The notes under the pieces were generated by a model. The model was not told the origin of the DNA and made no database searches. It saw only the letters and a program-made list of their open reading frames with translations. From the NCBI GenBank assembly GCA_964644695.1, contig CAZXWN010000015.1:1-64000 (forward strand): a stretch of 64,000 nucleotides of DNA, written 5' to 3'. Each line of letters begins with the position of its first letter. The stretch's first letter is position 1. The stretch is from an uncultured bacterium (GTDB taxonomy: Bacteria > UBP4 > UBA4092). Positions 40,966-49,173 of this stretch are shown here, piece after piece. A program made the position numbers and the translations under genes.

Positions 40966-41568
40966 TTAAAATGCCGGAGGAGAATTATCACTGCGAGCTT
41001 GACATCTGACGACATCCCCATTAGATACTGTTCCGTTGGTTGGGTCATAAGTAATGTTTGATTTAATATCTGCACCACGATCGCCATCGGGACCACAGGC
41101 AGCCATTCGCCATTCGCCCCATCTGGGTTTCAATAAACTGGTCCATGCCGGTGGAGGTTGTGTGAAATTCGCCAAGTGCTGATTCAAATTCAAATAGTTA
41201 TATTCCCGGATAAAAGGTAGTGGTGTTGTTCCTCCCGTGGCAAATGGATCCGTAGGAATACTGCTCATATAAGCAATTGGAGTCGTTAATCCCCGTGAAA
41301 CGTATTCCTGCGGTCCCGTCATTTCATTGACGATGGCTGGATATTCAGTGGTATATGAAGTTCCGATGACTCGTCCATAGAGAGGGTATTCGTTATTATC
41401 CACCATATAACTCTCAATGGCAGTTGCCATACTCGCCATATCCGATTGAGTTCTGCTGACCTTTGCCCGCACTTGGGCAGCCAAAAAGTTTGGTATTGCA
41501 ATCGCTGCCAGGATAGCGATGATGGCAACGACAATCAGTAGTTCAATGAGTGTAAATCCCTTTTTCAT
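40966..41568 (-). CDS. Prepilin-type N-terminal cleavage/methylation protein (pseudopilin-like)
   Basis: MKKG/FTLIELLIVVAIIAILAAIAIPNF; LTTPIAYMSSIPTDPF, GPD and YDPTNGTVSNGDV. Confidence 0.9.
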   Translation of the reverse strand: MKKGFTLIELLIVVAIIAILAAIAIPNFLAAQVRAKVSRTQSDMASMATAIESYMVDNNEYPLYGRVIGTSYTTEYPAIVNEMTGPQEYVSRGLTTPIAYMSSIPTDPFATGGTTPLPFIREYNYLNLNQHLANFTQPPPAWTSLLKPRWGEWRMAACGPDGDRGADIKSNITYDPTNGTVSNGDVVRCQARSDNSPPAF

Positions 41569-41584
41569 GATGTTCCTTTCTAGT

Positions 41585-41611
41585 GTGATACGAATTTTAT
41601 AAAAGTAGCAC
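41585..41611. promoter_or_regulatory. Putative NikR operator overlapping the -10 box of the prepilin operon
   Basis: GTGATAC-N13-GTAGCAC inverted repeat (1 mismatch); minus-strand TAAAAT in the spacer; extra half-site ATAGCAC at 41626-41632. Confidence 0.7.
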
Positions 41612-41631
41612 GATATGCGAAAAAAATAGCA

Positions 41632-42060
41632 CTAAGTTTTAGTGGAGGTGATCACCAGCTTTCCATGTTTTACGCCTTTCATTCCGAGAAGTGCGTCAGA
41701 CATTTGCTTGAGTCTTGAACCAGGTCCTTTCAAGGCTATCACTTCCATACAATCGTCATGCGAAAGATGGACATGCAGGGTGGCAATAATCAAATCCCCA
41801 AATTCATGTTGGAAATGAGTTAGTTTATGAGTAATGTCATGGGCGTGATGATTATAGACCATAGTGAGAGAGCCTGCGACGGGAATGTCCGTCAAAGCTT
41901 CTTCTCGTACGAGCGCATCCCGAATCAAATCACGCAGAGCCTCAGACCGATTGTTGTACCCCTTCTGGGCGATGAGGGTATCAAAGCGGTCCAGTAAATT
42001 CTCTTCTATAGATACACCGAATCGGAACAGTGTACCTGCTGTTTCTTTATTGTGTGGCAC
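41632..42060 (-). CDS. nikR: Nickel-responsive transcriptional regulator
   Basis: RFGVSI...FD...GYNNRSEALRDLIR (ribbon-helix-helix), YNHH, HVHLSHDDCMEV (Ni ligands), GVKHGKL; GTG 42060 follows TTGACA-18-TACGAT. Confidence 0.95.
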   Translation of the reverse strand: MPHNKETAGTLFRFGVSIEENLLDRFDTLIAQKGYNNRSEALRDLIRDALVREEALTDIPVAGSLTMVYNHHAHDITHKLTHFQHEFGDLIIATLHVHLSHDDCMEVIALKGPGSRLKQMSDALLGMKGVKHGKLVITSTKT

Positions 42061-42176
42061 GATGCAAACAATCGTAGCAATAATAGAAATCAATTGTCAA
42101 TAGATAAGTTACGAAAAAATACGGGATGTTTTGACAGGTTTGATTTACTTCGATAGGATTCATAAAGAGGTTGGAG

Positions 42177-43445
42177 ATGTTTGTGAATAAAAAAAGTACT
42201 GAAAAATCCCCGGGTTTCTATCATCGTTTTCGTCTTTTTTATTTTATTTACTTCAGCAGTGTAGGTTGCTTTTGGCCGTTTATCTCCCTGTTTTTCAAAA
42301 AATTGGGATTCACGGGAAGCCAAATCGGGTTATTAATGGCTGTGGGACCGATGGTCATGATATTGATGCAGCCCGTGTGGGGCATCGTGAATGACAGGAC
42401 ACCTGCTGGATACAGTTTGGTTCGATTTGTTTGTGTGGGAGCCATTTGTGTAGCTTCGGGTTTCCTGATACCTGAGAGTTATTTGTTTTATATTCTTTTA
42501 ATGGCTCTGTTTTCCTTCTTTTCATATGCCATCATTCCGATGGTGGATACGGCTACCATTCAAGCTGTCAGAGGGACTCAAGTAAATTACGGTCAAATCC
42601 GTGCATGGGGCTCATTGGGTTTCTGTATTTTCTCGGTACTGGTGGGACAGATCTCCAAATACTCAGAAATGGGGAGCTTCTATCGATACCTTCATCCACA
42701 TATGGATTCCCAGATATTGAATAATATCGGAGGATTAGCCTTCTTCATTCCTGCCTATATTTCGGTTATGTTGATTGCTTTTGGATTAACTTTCACTTTA
42801 CCTAAAGTTGAAAAACCAAAACAATCCGGCCGTAATATTGGCAAGTTATATGTATTACTTCGCCGGCCTCGTTTCCTTGTGTTTTTGATTACGGTTTTCT
42901 TCTTTATGTTGACCATGAATTGTAATAGCTATTTCTTTTCTCTCTATTTTGATGGATTAAAGGGGGACACCGGACAACTGGGAATAGCACTATCCCTTGC
43001 GGCTTTGAGTGAGGTTCCGGTATTTTTCTTTGCCTCATGGCTGCTCAAACGGCTGAAGCCTCTCCAATTATTGGGAATTGCTGCCAGTACGGCTGCTTTA
43101 CGCTGGTACCTGTATACTCTTGTTGGTAATCCGCTTATGACCTTCCCTTTGCAATTTTTCCATGCCATAAACTTTGGTTCCTACTATGCGGGTGCGGTTC
43201 ATTTCGTGGATATAGAAACTCCTCAGGAATGGAAAACTACTGGCCAGACAATATTCTGGGCCGTAGGATATGGACTTTCTGCAATCATCGGCAGCCTTTT
43301 CGGGGGCTTTATTATCGAAAAATGGAATGTCATCATCATGTACGAGATTCTGTCGGTATTGGCATTACTGGCGGCTGGAGTGTTTTTCATGATTGACCGA
43401 ATATTTCCCAAAACAGATTCTGATACTATTCCTTCTGTAAGCTGA
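42177..43445 (+). CDS. MFS transporter (nucleoside:H+ symporter/MFS_1-like)
   Basis: 12 TM pattern, QPVWGIVND, YGQIRAWGSLGF, SEVPVFF. Confidence 0.88.
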   Translation: MFVNKKSTEKSPGFYHRFRLFYFIYFSSVGCFWPFISLFFKKLGFTGSQIGLLMAVGPMVMILMQPVWGIVNDRTPAGYSLVRFVCVGAICVASGFLIPESYLFYILLMALFSFFSYAIIPMVDTATIQAVRGTQVNYGQIRAWGSLGFCIFSVLVGQISKYSEMGSFYRYLHPHMDSQILNNIGGLAFFIPAYISVMLIAFGLTFTLPKVEKPKQSGRNIGKLYVLLRRPRFLVFLITVFFFMLTMNCNSYFFSLYFDGLKGDTGQLGIALSLAALSEVPVFFFASWLLKRLKPLQLLGIAASTAALRWYLYTLVGNPLMTFPLQFFHAINFGSYYAGAVHFVDIETPQEWKTTGQTIFWAVGYGLSAIIGSLFGGFIIEKWNVIIMYEILSVLALLAAGVFFMIDRIFPKTDSDTIPSVS

Positions 43446-43514
43446 TAGGTCGGCCAGGATTTGCTAAACTATTAAGGATAAAATTATCCAATCCACTTGA
43501 AAGGATTTTTACCA

Positions 43515-44720
43515 ATGAACCATATTGATTTACTGAAAGACTTATCTAAAAAGACTTCTTCCAAAATTGTCTATTTTGTAATGGATGGTGTAGGGGGATT
43601 ACCCACAGAATCTTCTCCGTTGACTGAACTGGAAACTGCCAAGACTCCTAATATGGATAAACTGGCTTACAACTCCAGCCTGGGTTTAAGTATTCCCGTA
43701 TTCCCGGGCATCACTCCTGGCTCTGGTCCCGGGCATTTAGCCATCTTTGGTTATGACCCTCTCCAGAATATTATCGGCCGTGGGGCGTTGTCTGCGGCGG
43801 GTGTGGGTTTCCAGCAGAGTGATGATGATGTGGCAGCCCGTATCAATTTCTGTACTTTAGATGCAGAGGGTAATGTGACGGACCGTCGTGCCGGAAGAAT
43901 TGCGACTGAAATCTGTGAAAAACTTTGTGCCAAACTGTCTCAGATTAAACTGGATGGTGTGGAAGTTTTTGTTCAGGCTGAAAAAGAACACCGGGCGATG
44001 GCTGTTTTCCGTGGTAAAGGATTATCGGATAAACTGGCTGATACTGATCCTCAGAAGACAGGTGTTCCTCCCAAAGCCGTTGTGGCTCTGGCTCCGGAAG
44101 CTGAAAAAGCGGCTGCCGTTATCAATGACTTTCTGGCCAAAGCCAAAGACGTTTTGAAAGATGATGTTCCCGCCAACATGGTCCTGTTGCGGGGTTTTGC
44201 CGGTAAACCGGTTATTCCTCAGTTCCAGGAAATCTACAAATTAAACCCTGCCGCTATTGCTGTGTATCCCATGTATAAGGGATTAGCTCACCTGGTCGGC
44301 ATGAAGGTAATTCCCAATCTTCAGACTCTCGAAGAACAAGTGGAAACCCTCAAGAAACTCTGGAATGATTATGATTTCTTCTTCATTCACTTCAAATATA
44401 CGGACTCCCGCGGTGAAGACGGTGATTTCAATGAGAAAGTGAAGATGATTGAGAAGGCGGATACAGCCATTCCCGAAATTCTGAAACTGAATCCTGATTG
44501 TCTGGTCATTACTGGCGATCATTCCACTCCGGCTTCCATGAAATCCCACTCCTGGCATGGTGTACCAACCCTGATTTATTCACAGTATGCCCGACGGGAT
44601 AAAGCGGCGGCGTTCAATGAACAGACCTGTGGTACGGGTTCATTAGGGAGTTTCGAAGCTAAGTATATGCTGTCACTGGCAATGGCCCATGCCATGAAGC
44701 TCGAAAAGTTTGGTGCCTAA
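43515..44720 (+). CDS. apgM: 2,3-bisphosphoglycerate-independent phosphoglycerate mutase, archaeal type
   Basis: DGVGG, TPNMD, PGSGPGHLAIFGYDP, DRRAGRI, TGDHSTP, HSWH. Confidence 0.92.
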   Translation: MNHIDLLKDLSKKTSSKIVYFVMDGVGGLPTESSPLTELETAKTPNMDKLAYNSSLGLSIPVFPGITPGSGPGHLAIFGYDPLQNIIGRGALSAAGVGFQQSDDDVAARINFCTLDAEGNVTDRRAGRIATEICEKLCAKLSQIKLDGVEVFVQAEKEHRAMAVFRGKGLSDKLADTDPQKTGVPPKAVVALAPEAEKAAAVINDFLAKAKDVLKDDVPANMVLLRGFAGKPVIPQFQEIYKLNPAAIAVYPMYKGLAHLVGMKVIPNLQTLEEQVETLKKLWNDYDFFFIHFKYTDSRGEDGDFNEKVKMIEKADTAIPEILKLNPDCLVITGDHSTPASMKSHSWHGVPTLIYSQYARRDKAAAFNEQTCGTGSLGSFEAKYMLSLAMAHAMKLEKFGA

Positions 44721-44735
44721 TCATTCAGAAAAGTC

Positions 44736-44772
44736 AGGCGGGATGCCCATTGGGTGTCCCGCCTTTTGTTTT
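44736..44772 (+). terminator. Intrinsic terminator
   Basis: AGGCGGGATGCCC-ATT-GGGTGTCCCGCCT followed by TTTGTTTT. Confidence 0.8.
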
Positions 44773-44977
44773 TAGATTGATTTCCTGACTGGAACGTAAG
44801 TTCGTGATTTGCTATATTAGATAGAACAAGAGCATAATTCGTTTCACCTCAAGAGCAGGGTTGAAACGAGGCTTTTTTTGTATAAGGACATTTACCCGTT
44901 TTATAAAATCAAACACACTTCAAATAAACGGCTTACAAAAACTACTCACATTTCCTTCTTAAGGAGTACCATGATTT

Positions 44978-46837
44978 ATGGAATGGTTATATAAGTTATT
45001 TACAGATCCGGAGAGCATTGCTCATGCCATTTTGATTATCAGTCTTGTGGCATCATTGGGTCTGGCCCTCGGAAGCATCCGAGTTTTTGGTATCAGCCTG
45101 GGGATCGGCGGCGTTTTATTTTCCGGTATTTTATTTGGGCATTATGGTCTTACCGTGAATACCCATATACTGGAGTTTGTTCGTGAATTTGGGTTGATAT
45201 TATTTGTTTACTCGATTGGTGTGCAGGTGGGACCTGGGTTTTTTGCATCCTTAAAGCGGCAGGGATTACCGTTAAATATTATGGCGGGTTCGATTGTTGT
45301 TTTAGGTGTCATTATTACAATCTGCCTGAACATCTTTGGTGGTATTGAAAAGCCGACGGCTGTTGGTTTATATGCCGGTGCGGTTACCAACACTCCTGCC
45401 CTGGCTGCTTCACAACAGGCCTTGAAAGATCTCGTTGAAAAAGATCCTACCCTCTGGAAGAAAAATGTTTCGGTAACACAAGAAACGAAACCCGTAGCCC
45501 CCAGTGAAGTGAAAACGGACATGGCTCTCTCCACCACCGCCACACAGAACACTGTGGCACAAGCCTCTACTGTAACTTCCGTATCTGCAATGTCTGCAGA
45601 AGCTGTTAATGAGGCGGAAAAATCAGCCAAAGAAGATGTCCTGAAGAAACCCAGCATTGGTTATGCCGTGGCGTATCCTTTCGGTATCCTGGGGATTATC
45701 TTTACCATGATTTTGATTCGGTTCCTGTTCCGAATTGACCCGAATCAAGAAGCGGAACTTTTCAAGAAGTTGACGGTTAAATCCAGCAACCTGTTACGGA
45801 AAAACCTGGAAGTAAAAAATCCAAATCTGGAAGGTGTTCGTGTCGATGCCATTCCCGGCCTGGAAGATTCCGAGGTGGTTATCTCCCGTATCATGCATAA
45901 AGGAACAGTTGATGTGGCTCAGCCGGATACCATCATCCATATTGGTGATGTGTTACTGGCAGTTGGTAAAAAAGAAGGGCTTGAATCCATCCAGATTGTG
46001 ATTGGTGGTGAAAGCAATATCGATTTAATGAAACAGCCTTCTCGACTGATTACCAAACGACTCATTGTGACCAAGAAAAGTATTTTGGGTAAAACCGTGG
46101 ATGAACTGGAATTCCTGGACAAAAACGATGTGGTAATTACCCGAATCAGCCGGTCTGAAACTGAATTCTCCCCTAATTCAAATGTGGAGCTGCAATTTGG
46201 TGATGCCGTTTTATGTGTCGGTACTGAAGAATCCATAAAGAAAGTTACTCCGGAATTAGGTAATTCCTTACGCCAGTTAAATCATCCGGAAGTCATCCCT
46301 GTATTGGTTGGTATTGCGCTGGGTGTTGTTTTGGGAAGTATTCCTTTAGCGATTCCCAATATGCCGGTTCCTGTTAAATTGGGTTTGGCGGGCGGGCCAC
46401 TGGTTGTCGCAATCATCCTCAGCCGGATTGGCCGAATCGGTTCACTGGTCTGGTATCTGCCTATCAGTGCTAACTTCATGATTCGAGAATTAGGTATCAC
46501 CTTGTTCCTTTCTGCAGTCGGTATTTTAGCGGGTGGCAAGTTTGTTGAAACCCTGACCAAAGGCGATGGGTTGTATTGGATGGCCTGTGCGGTTCTGATT
46601 ACCTTGATACCCATATTGATTGTCGGATTAGTTGGCCGGTATGTTTTGAAAACCAATTACCTGACTTTATGTGGTGTTCTGGCAGGTTCCATGACCGATC
46701 CACCGGCATTAGCCTTTGCCACCAGCATCGTTCCTACTTCGGATGCCTGTAATGTTTCGTATGCTACTGTTTATCCTTTAACAATGTTGTTGCGAGTCGT
46801 TTCAGCACAGTTGTTGATCTTATTCTTCCTGCAATAA
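44978..46837 (+). CDS. AspT/YidE/YbjL family transporter with two TrkA-C domains
   Basis: GLILFVYSIGVQVGPGFF, GAVTNTPAL, YAVAYPFG, GLAGGPL, GSMTDPPAL, YATVYPL. Confidence 0.92.
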   Translation: MEWLYKLFTDPESIAHAILIISLVASLGLALGSIRVFGISLGIGGVLFSGILFGHYGLTVNTHILEFVREFGLILFVYSIGVQVGPGFFASLKRQGLPLNIMAGSIVVLGVIITICLNIFGGIEKPTAVGLYAGAVTNTPALAASQQALKDLVEKDPTLWKKNVSVTQETKPVAPSEVKTDMALSTTATQNTVAQASTVTSVSAMSAEAVNEAEKSAKEDVLKKPSIGYAVAYPFGILGIIFTMILIRFLFRIDPNQEAELFKKLTVKSSNLLRKNLEVKNPNLEGVRVDAIPGLEDSEVVISRIMHKGTVDVAQPDTIIHIGDVLLAVGKKEGLESIQIVIGGESNIDLMKQPSRLITKRLIVTKKSILGKTVDELEFLDKNDVVITRISRSETEFSPNSNVELQFGDAVLCVGTEESIKKVTPELGNSLRQLNHPEVIPVLVGIALGVVLGSIPLAIPNMPVPVKLGLAGGPLVVAIILSRIGRIGSLVWYLPISANFMIRELGITLFLSAVGILAGGKFVETLTKGDGLYWMACAVLITLIPILIVGLVGRYVLKTNYLTLCGVLAGSMTDPPALAFATSIVPTSDACNVSYATVYPLTMLLRVVSAQLLILFFLQ

Positions 46838-46852
46838 CCTTTTGTATCTAAG

Positions 46853-46895
46853 AACGGCTTTTGGAAACTTCCTGTTTCTGAAAGCCGTTTTTTTA
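46853..46895. terminator. Intrinsic terminator, possibly bidirectional
   Basis: AACGGCTTTTGGAAAC...GTTTCTGAAAGCCGTT followed by TTTTT. Confidence 0.75.
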
Positions 46896-47010
46896 TTTCC
46901 TTCTTTTTCCCAAATCTCTTTCCCCCACAACCCTTTCCGTATCACTTAATATTCCATCTTCTAAACGAATCATCCACGGACCTGCTCGGAGCAGCTCCGT
47001 GGATTCTTTG
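46853..47010 (-). ncRNA. Candidate small RNA carrying hairpin copy B
   Basis: Minus-strand TTGGCA-16-TATATT promoter, 5' hairpin ATCCACGGAGCTGCTCCGAGCAGGTCCGTGGAT, no ORF, terminator hairpin at the 3' end. Confidence 0.35.
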
Positions 47011-47107
47011 GTTTAATATAATGAATTTGTTGTTTATGCCAAAGTATGGATACATCTATCATATGGAAATGATAAGTAGCTTGAAGGGATTTAGTTTGTA
47101 CTGAGCA

Positions 47108-47150
47108 ATAAAAAAAACCGGAGTATCTTAGGCTAACAGACACTCCGGTT
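47108..47150 (-). terminator. Intrinsic terminator of the 47167-48309 gene
   Basis: Minus strand AACCGGAGTGTC...GATACTCCGGTT followed by TTTTTT. Confidence 0.7.
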
Positions 47151-47166
47151 ATGAAGGTTTAATATT

Positions 47167-48309
47167 TTATTTATTTAATGAATTCACTGGAATAAAGAAA
47201 AAGTCTGCTGGCAGGCAGGAAGATCCCGGAGGTGAGAATTCAAACTGGATGGTGCCTCCTTTGGGTTGTGCCTGATACAGCCCCACCAGACATCCTTTGG
47301 TGGCTTCAACTAAGTGATATTGGTCAGCAGGTGTCAGATAGTATCCCGCTTTAGTTAGATTGTTTTCTGCCTTAGTTCCCACCACTCCCCCATATGAACA
47401 GTAATCAGCTCCCGCGGGTTGAGACATGACCACGACAGCCATCAACCGATTATCTGAACTGGTATAGGGAACCTCCACTGTATATAAAACGCCATAATTT
47501 CCAATGTTTTCTGTTTTGACATTAACAGAACTGTCGTAACCTTTGACCCATTTATCAATCTGTCCATCAGCCATCCGTAATCGTTGAATTCCATTTTTGG
47601 TATCAATCGGGGATGTCTTTACATATCTGTCTGAAGTAACAAAAATGCCTCGTCCAGCATTCCTGTTATTGGGAGGTAATAGAGTCAACTGACTGTAAGT
47701 TTTTAGGGTGTTTTTGGTTTTAACCATCCCTGCCATGATAATTTGGGTGGATTGGTGAGAGTAGATTTCATAGAACCCGTGAGCTAAATCCTGCCGTGCC
47801 GCCGGATTCTTCTCCCAAAAATCGTCCAGGAGTGCAGAACCCTTGGCGGGTATTTGAATGGTTTTTCGGTATGGCTTGGAATAAAAATCCAATAATCCAA
47901 CTTTACCGATTCGACCGTAAGCTTGTGAAGGTTTGATGGCCGCGCGACGATATATGGTAACCTTACCTGGCTTATTGGTCAGATTTTTAAGAATGATGGC
48001 GAATTTATAGTGGTTGGTCGGTGAATCATTCACATTGTATAAATAAACACGAGCTGTTTCCTCTCCCAGTGTTTCAGAACAACAAATCCCTTCATCCTTG
48101 AGATATTCGGGATTGTCACTGAAAACAATCCGAGGCCCTGAATCCTTAACGGTGAAATTCATGAAGTTATGTTGTGTGGTGAGTTTTCCAATGTATAAAG
48201 TATTGCCGACGGAAGTATTCCAGATGGCCTGTTCTAACTCAGCATTAGGCTCCATCGCCAAGGCCCCAACAGTTAATAACAATCCAGCCAATATGGATAG
48301 GTGTTTCAT
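47167..48309 (-). CDS. Secreted hypothetical protein
   Basis: Signal peptide; IVFSDNPEY...G....E......RVYLYNVN, GRGIF and GNYGVLY motifs of an uncharacterised secreted domain. Confidence 0.7.
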   Translation of the reverse strand: MKHLSILAGLLLTVGALAMEPNAELEQAIWNTSVGNTLYIGKLTTQHNFMNFTVKDSGPRIVFSDNPEYLKDEGICCSETLGEETARVYLYNVNDSPTNHYKFAIILKNLTNKPGKVTIYRRAAIKPSQAYGRIGKVGLLDFYSKPYRKTIQIPAKGSALLDDFWEKNPAARQDLAHGFYEIYSHQSTQIIMAGMVKTKNTLKTYSQLTLLPPNNRNAGRGIFVTSDRYVKTSPIDTKNGIQRLRMADGQIDKWVKGYDSSVNVKTENIGNYGVLYTVEVPYTSSDNRLMAVVVMSQPAGADYCSYGGVVGTKAENNLTKAGYYLTPADQYHLVEATKGCLVGLYQAQPKGGTIQFEFSPPGSSCLPADFFFIPVNSLNK

Positions 48310-48402
48310 GATTTCTCCTTTGTCCCTGATATATTTGAATACCCATAATTTTAACGGATATGTACTGAATCCGACAAAAAGAAGCCTGATTTAACTATAT
48401 TC

Positions 48403-48441
48403 TTTAAATAACGTCAATAATTCCTTTACATAGATGTAATA
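48403..48441 (+). promoter_or_regulatory. Pho box array upstream of phoB
   Basis: Hexamers TTTAAA (48403), TCAATA (48414), TTTACA (48425) and GTAATA (48436) at exact 11-bp spacing. Confidence 0.55.
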
Positions 48442-48474
48442 AATGGACTTATGCCCTATGTTACAATCAAAATC

Positions 48475-49155
48475 ATGGCAAAAATATTAGTCATAGAAGA
48501 CGAAAAACAAATCAGTGAGTTACTGGAATATAACCTCCGTCAGGCTGGTTATTTTGTTGAGTGTGCTTTTGATGGGCAGGATGGATTACAAAAGGCCAAG
48601 ACGATCAAACCTGACTTAATTGTTCTGGATTTGATGCTACCCAAAATTGACGGAATGGAAGTTTGTCGGAAACTGAAAAGTGAAGCTGACACAAAAACGA
48701 TTTCGATTGTCATGTTGACTGCCAAATCCGAAGAAATAGACCGTATTGTCGGGTTAGAGATGGGTGCGGATGATTATGTCACCAAACCTTTCAGTGTCCG
48801 GGAATTGGTTTTGAGGATTAAAGCTATTCTGAAAAGAAATGATACTGTTTTACCTGAGAGTAAGAAAATTGATTTACCGGATTTACTTGTAGATCCTGAA
48901 CAGCACCAAGTGTTTGTGAATGGTGAAGAAATTGTTCTGACGCATCTCGAATTCAATTTACTCCTGGCTTTGGCCAATGCCAATGGGCGAGTATTGACTC
49001 GTGACTTATTATTGAACAAAGTCTGGGGTTATGACTATTATGGCGATACTCGTACCGTTGATGTTCATGTTCGACGGTTGCGGCAAAAACTGGGTGTTGC
49101 CTGTGACCACATTCGGACTATTCGGGGTACTGGTTATCGGTTTGTAACTGAATAA
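48475..49155 (+). CDS. phoB: Phosphate regulon response regulator (OmpR/PhoB family)
   Basis: Receiver domain (IEDE, LDLMLP, GADDYVTKPF) plus winged helix (RTVDVHVRRLRQKL); precedes phoR and pst. Confidence 0.9.
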   Translation: MAKILVIEDEKQISELLEYNLRQAGYFVECAFDGQDGLQKAKTIKPDLIVLDLMLPKIDGMEVCRKLKSEADTKTISIVMLTAKSEEIDRIVGLEMGADDYVTKPFSVRELVLRIKAILKRNDTVLPESKKIDLPDLLVDPEQHQVFVNGEEIVLTHLEFNLLLALANANGRVLTRDLLLNKVWGYDYYGDTRTVDVHVRRLRQKLGVACDHIRTIRGTGYRFVTE

Positions 49156-49173
49156 TGTAATATAAAGCAGATT

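Noticed and set aside
46960-47018. Hairpin as an integron attC site
   Set aside because: The ends (ATTAAAC/GTTTAGA) do not fit RYYYAAC/GTTRRRY, no extrahelical L-box base is evident, copy A lacks a GTT end, and there is no integrase or cassette array.
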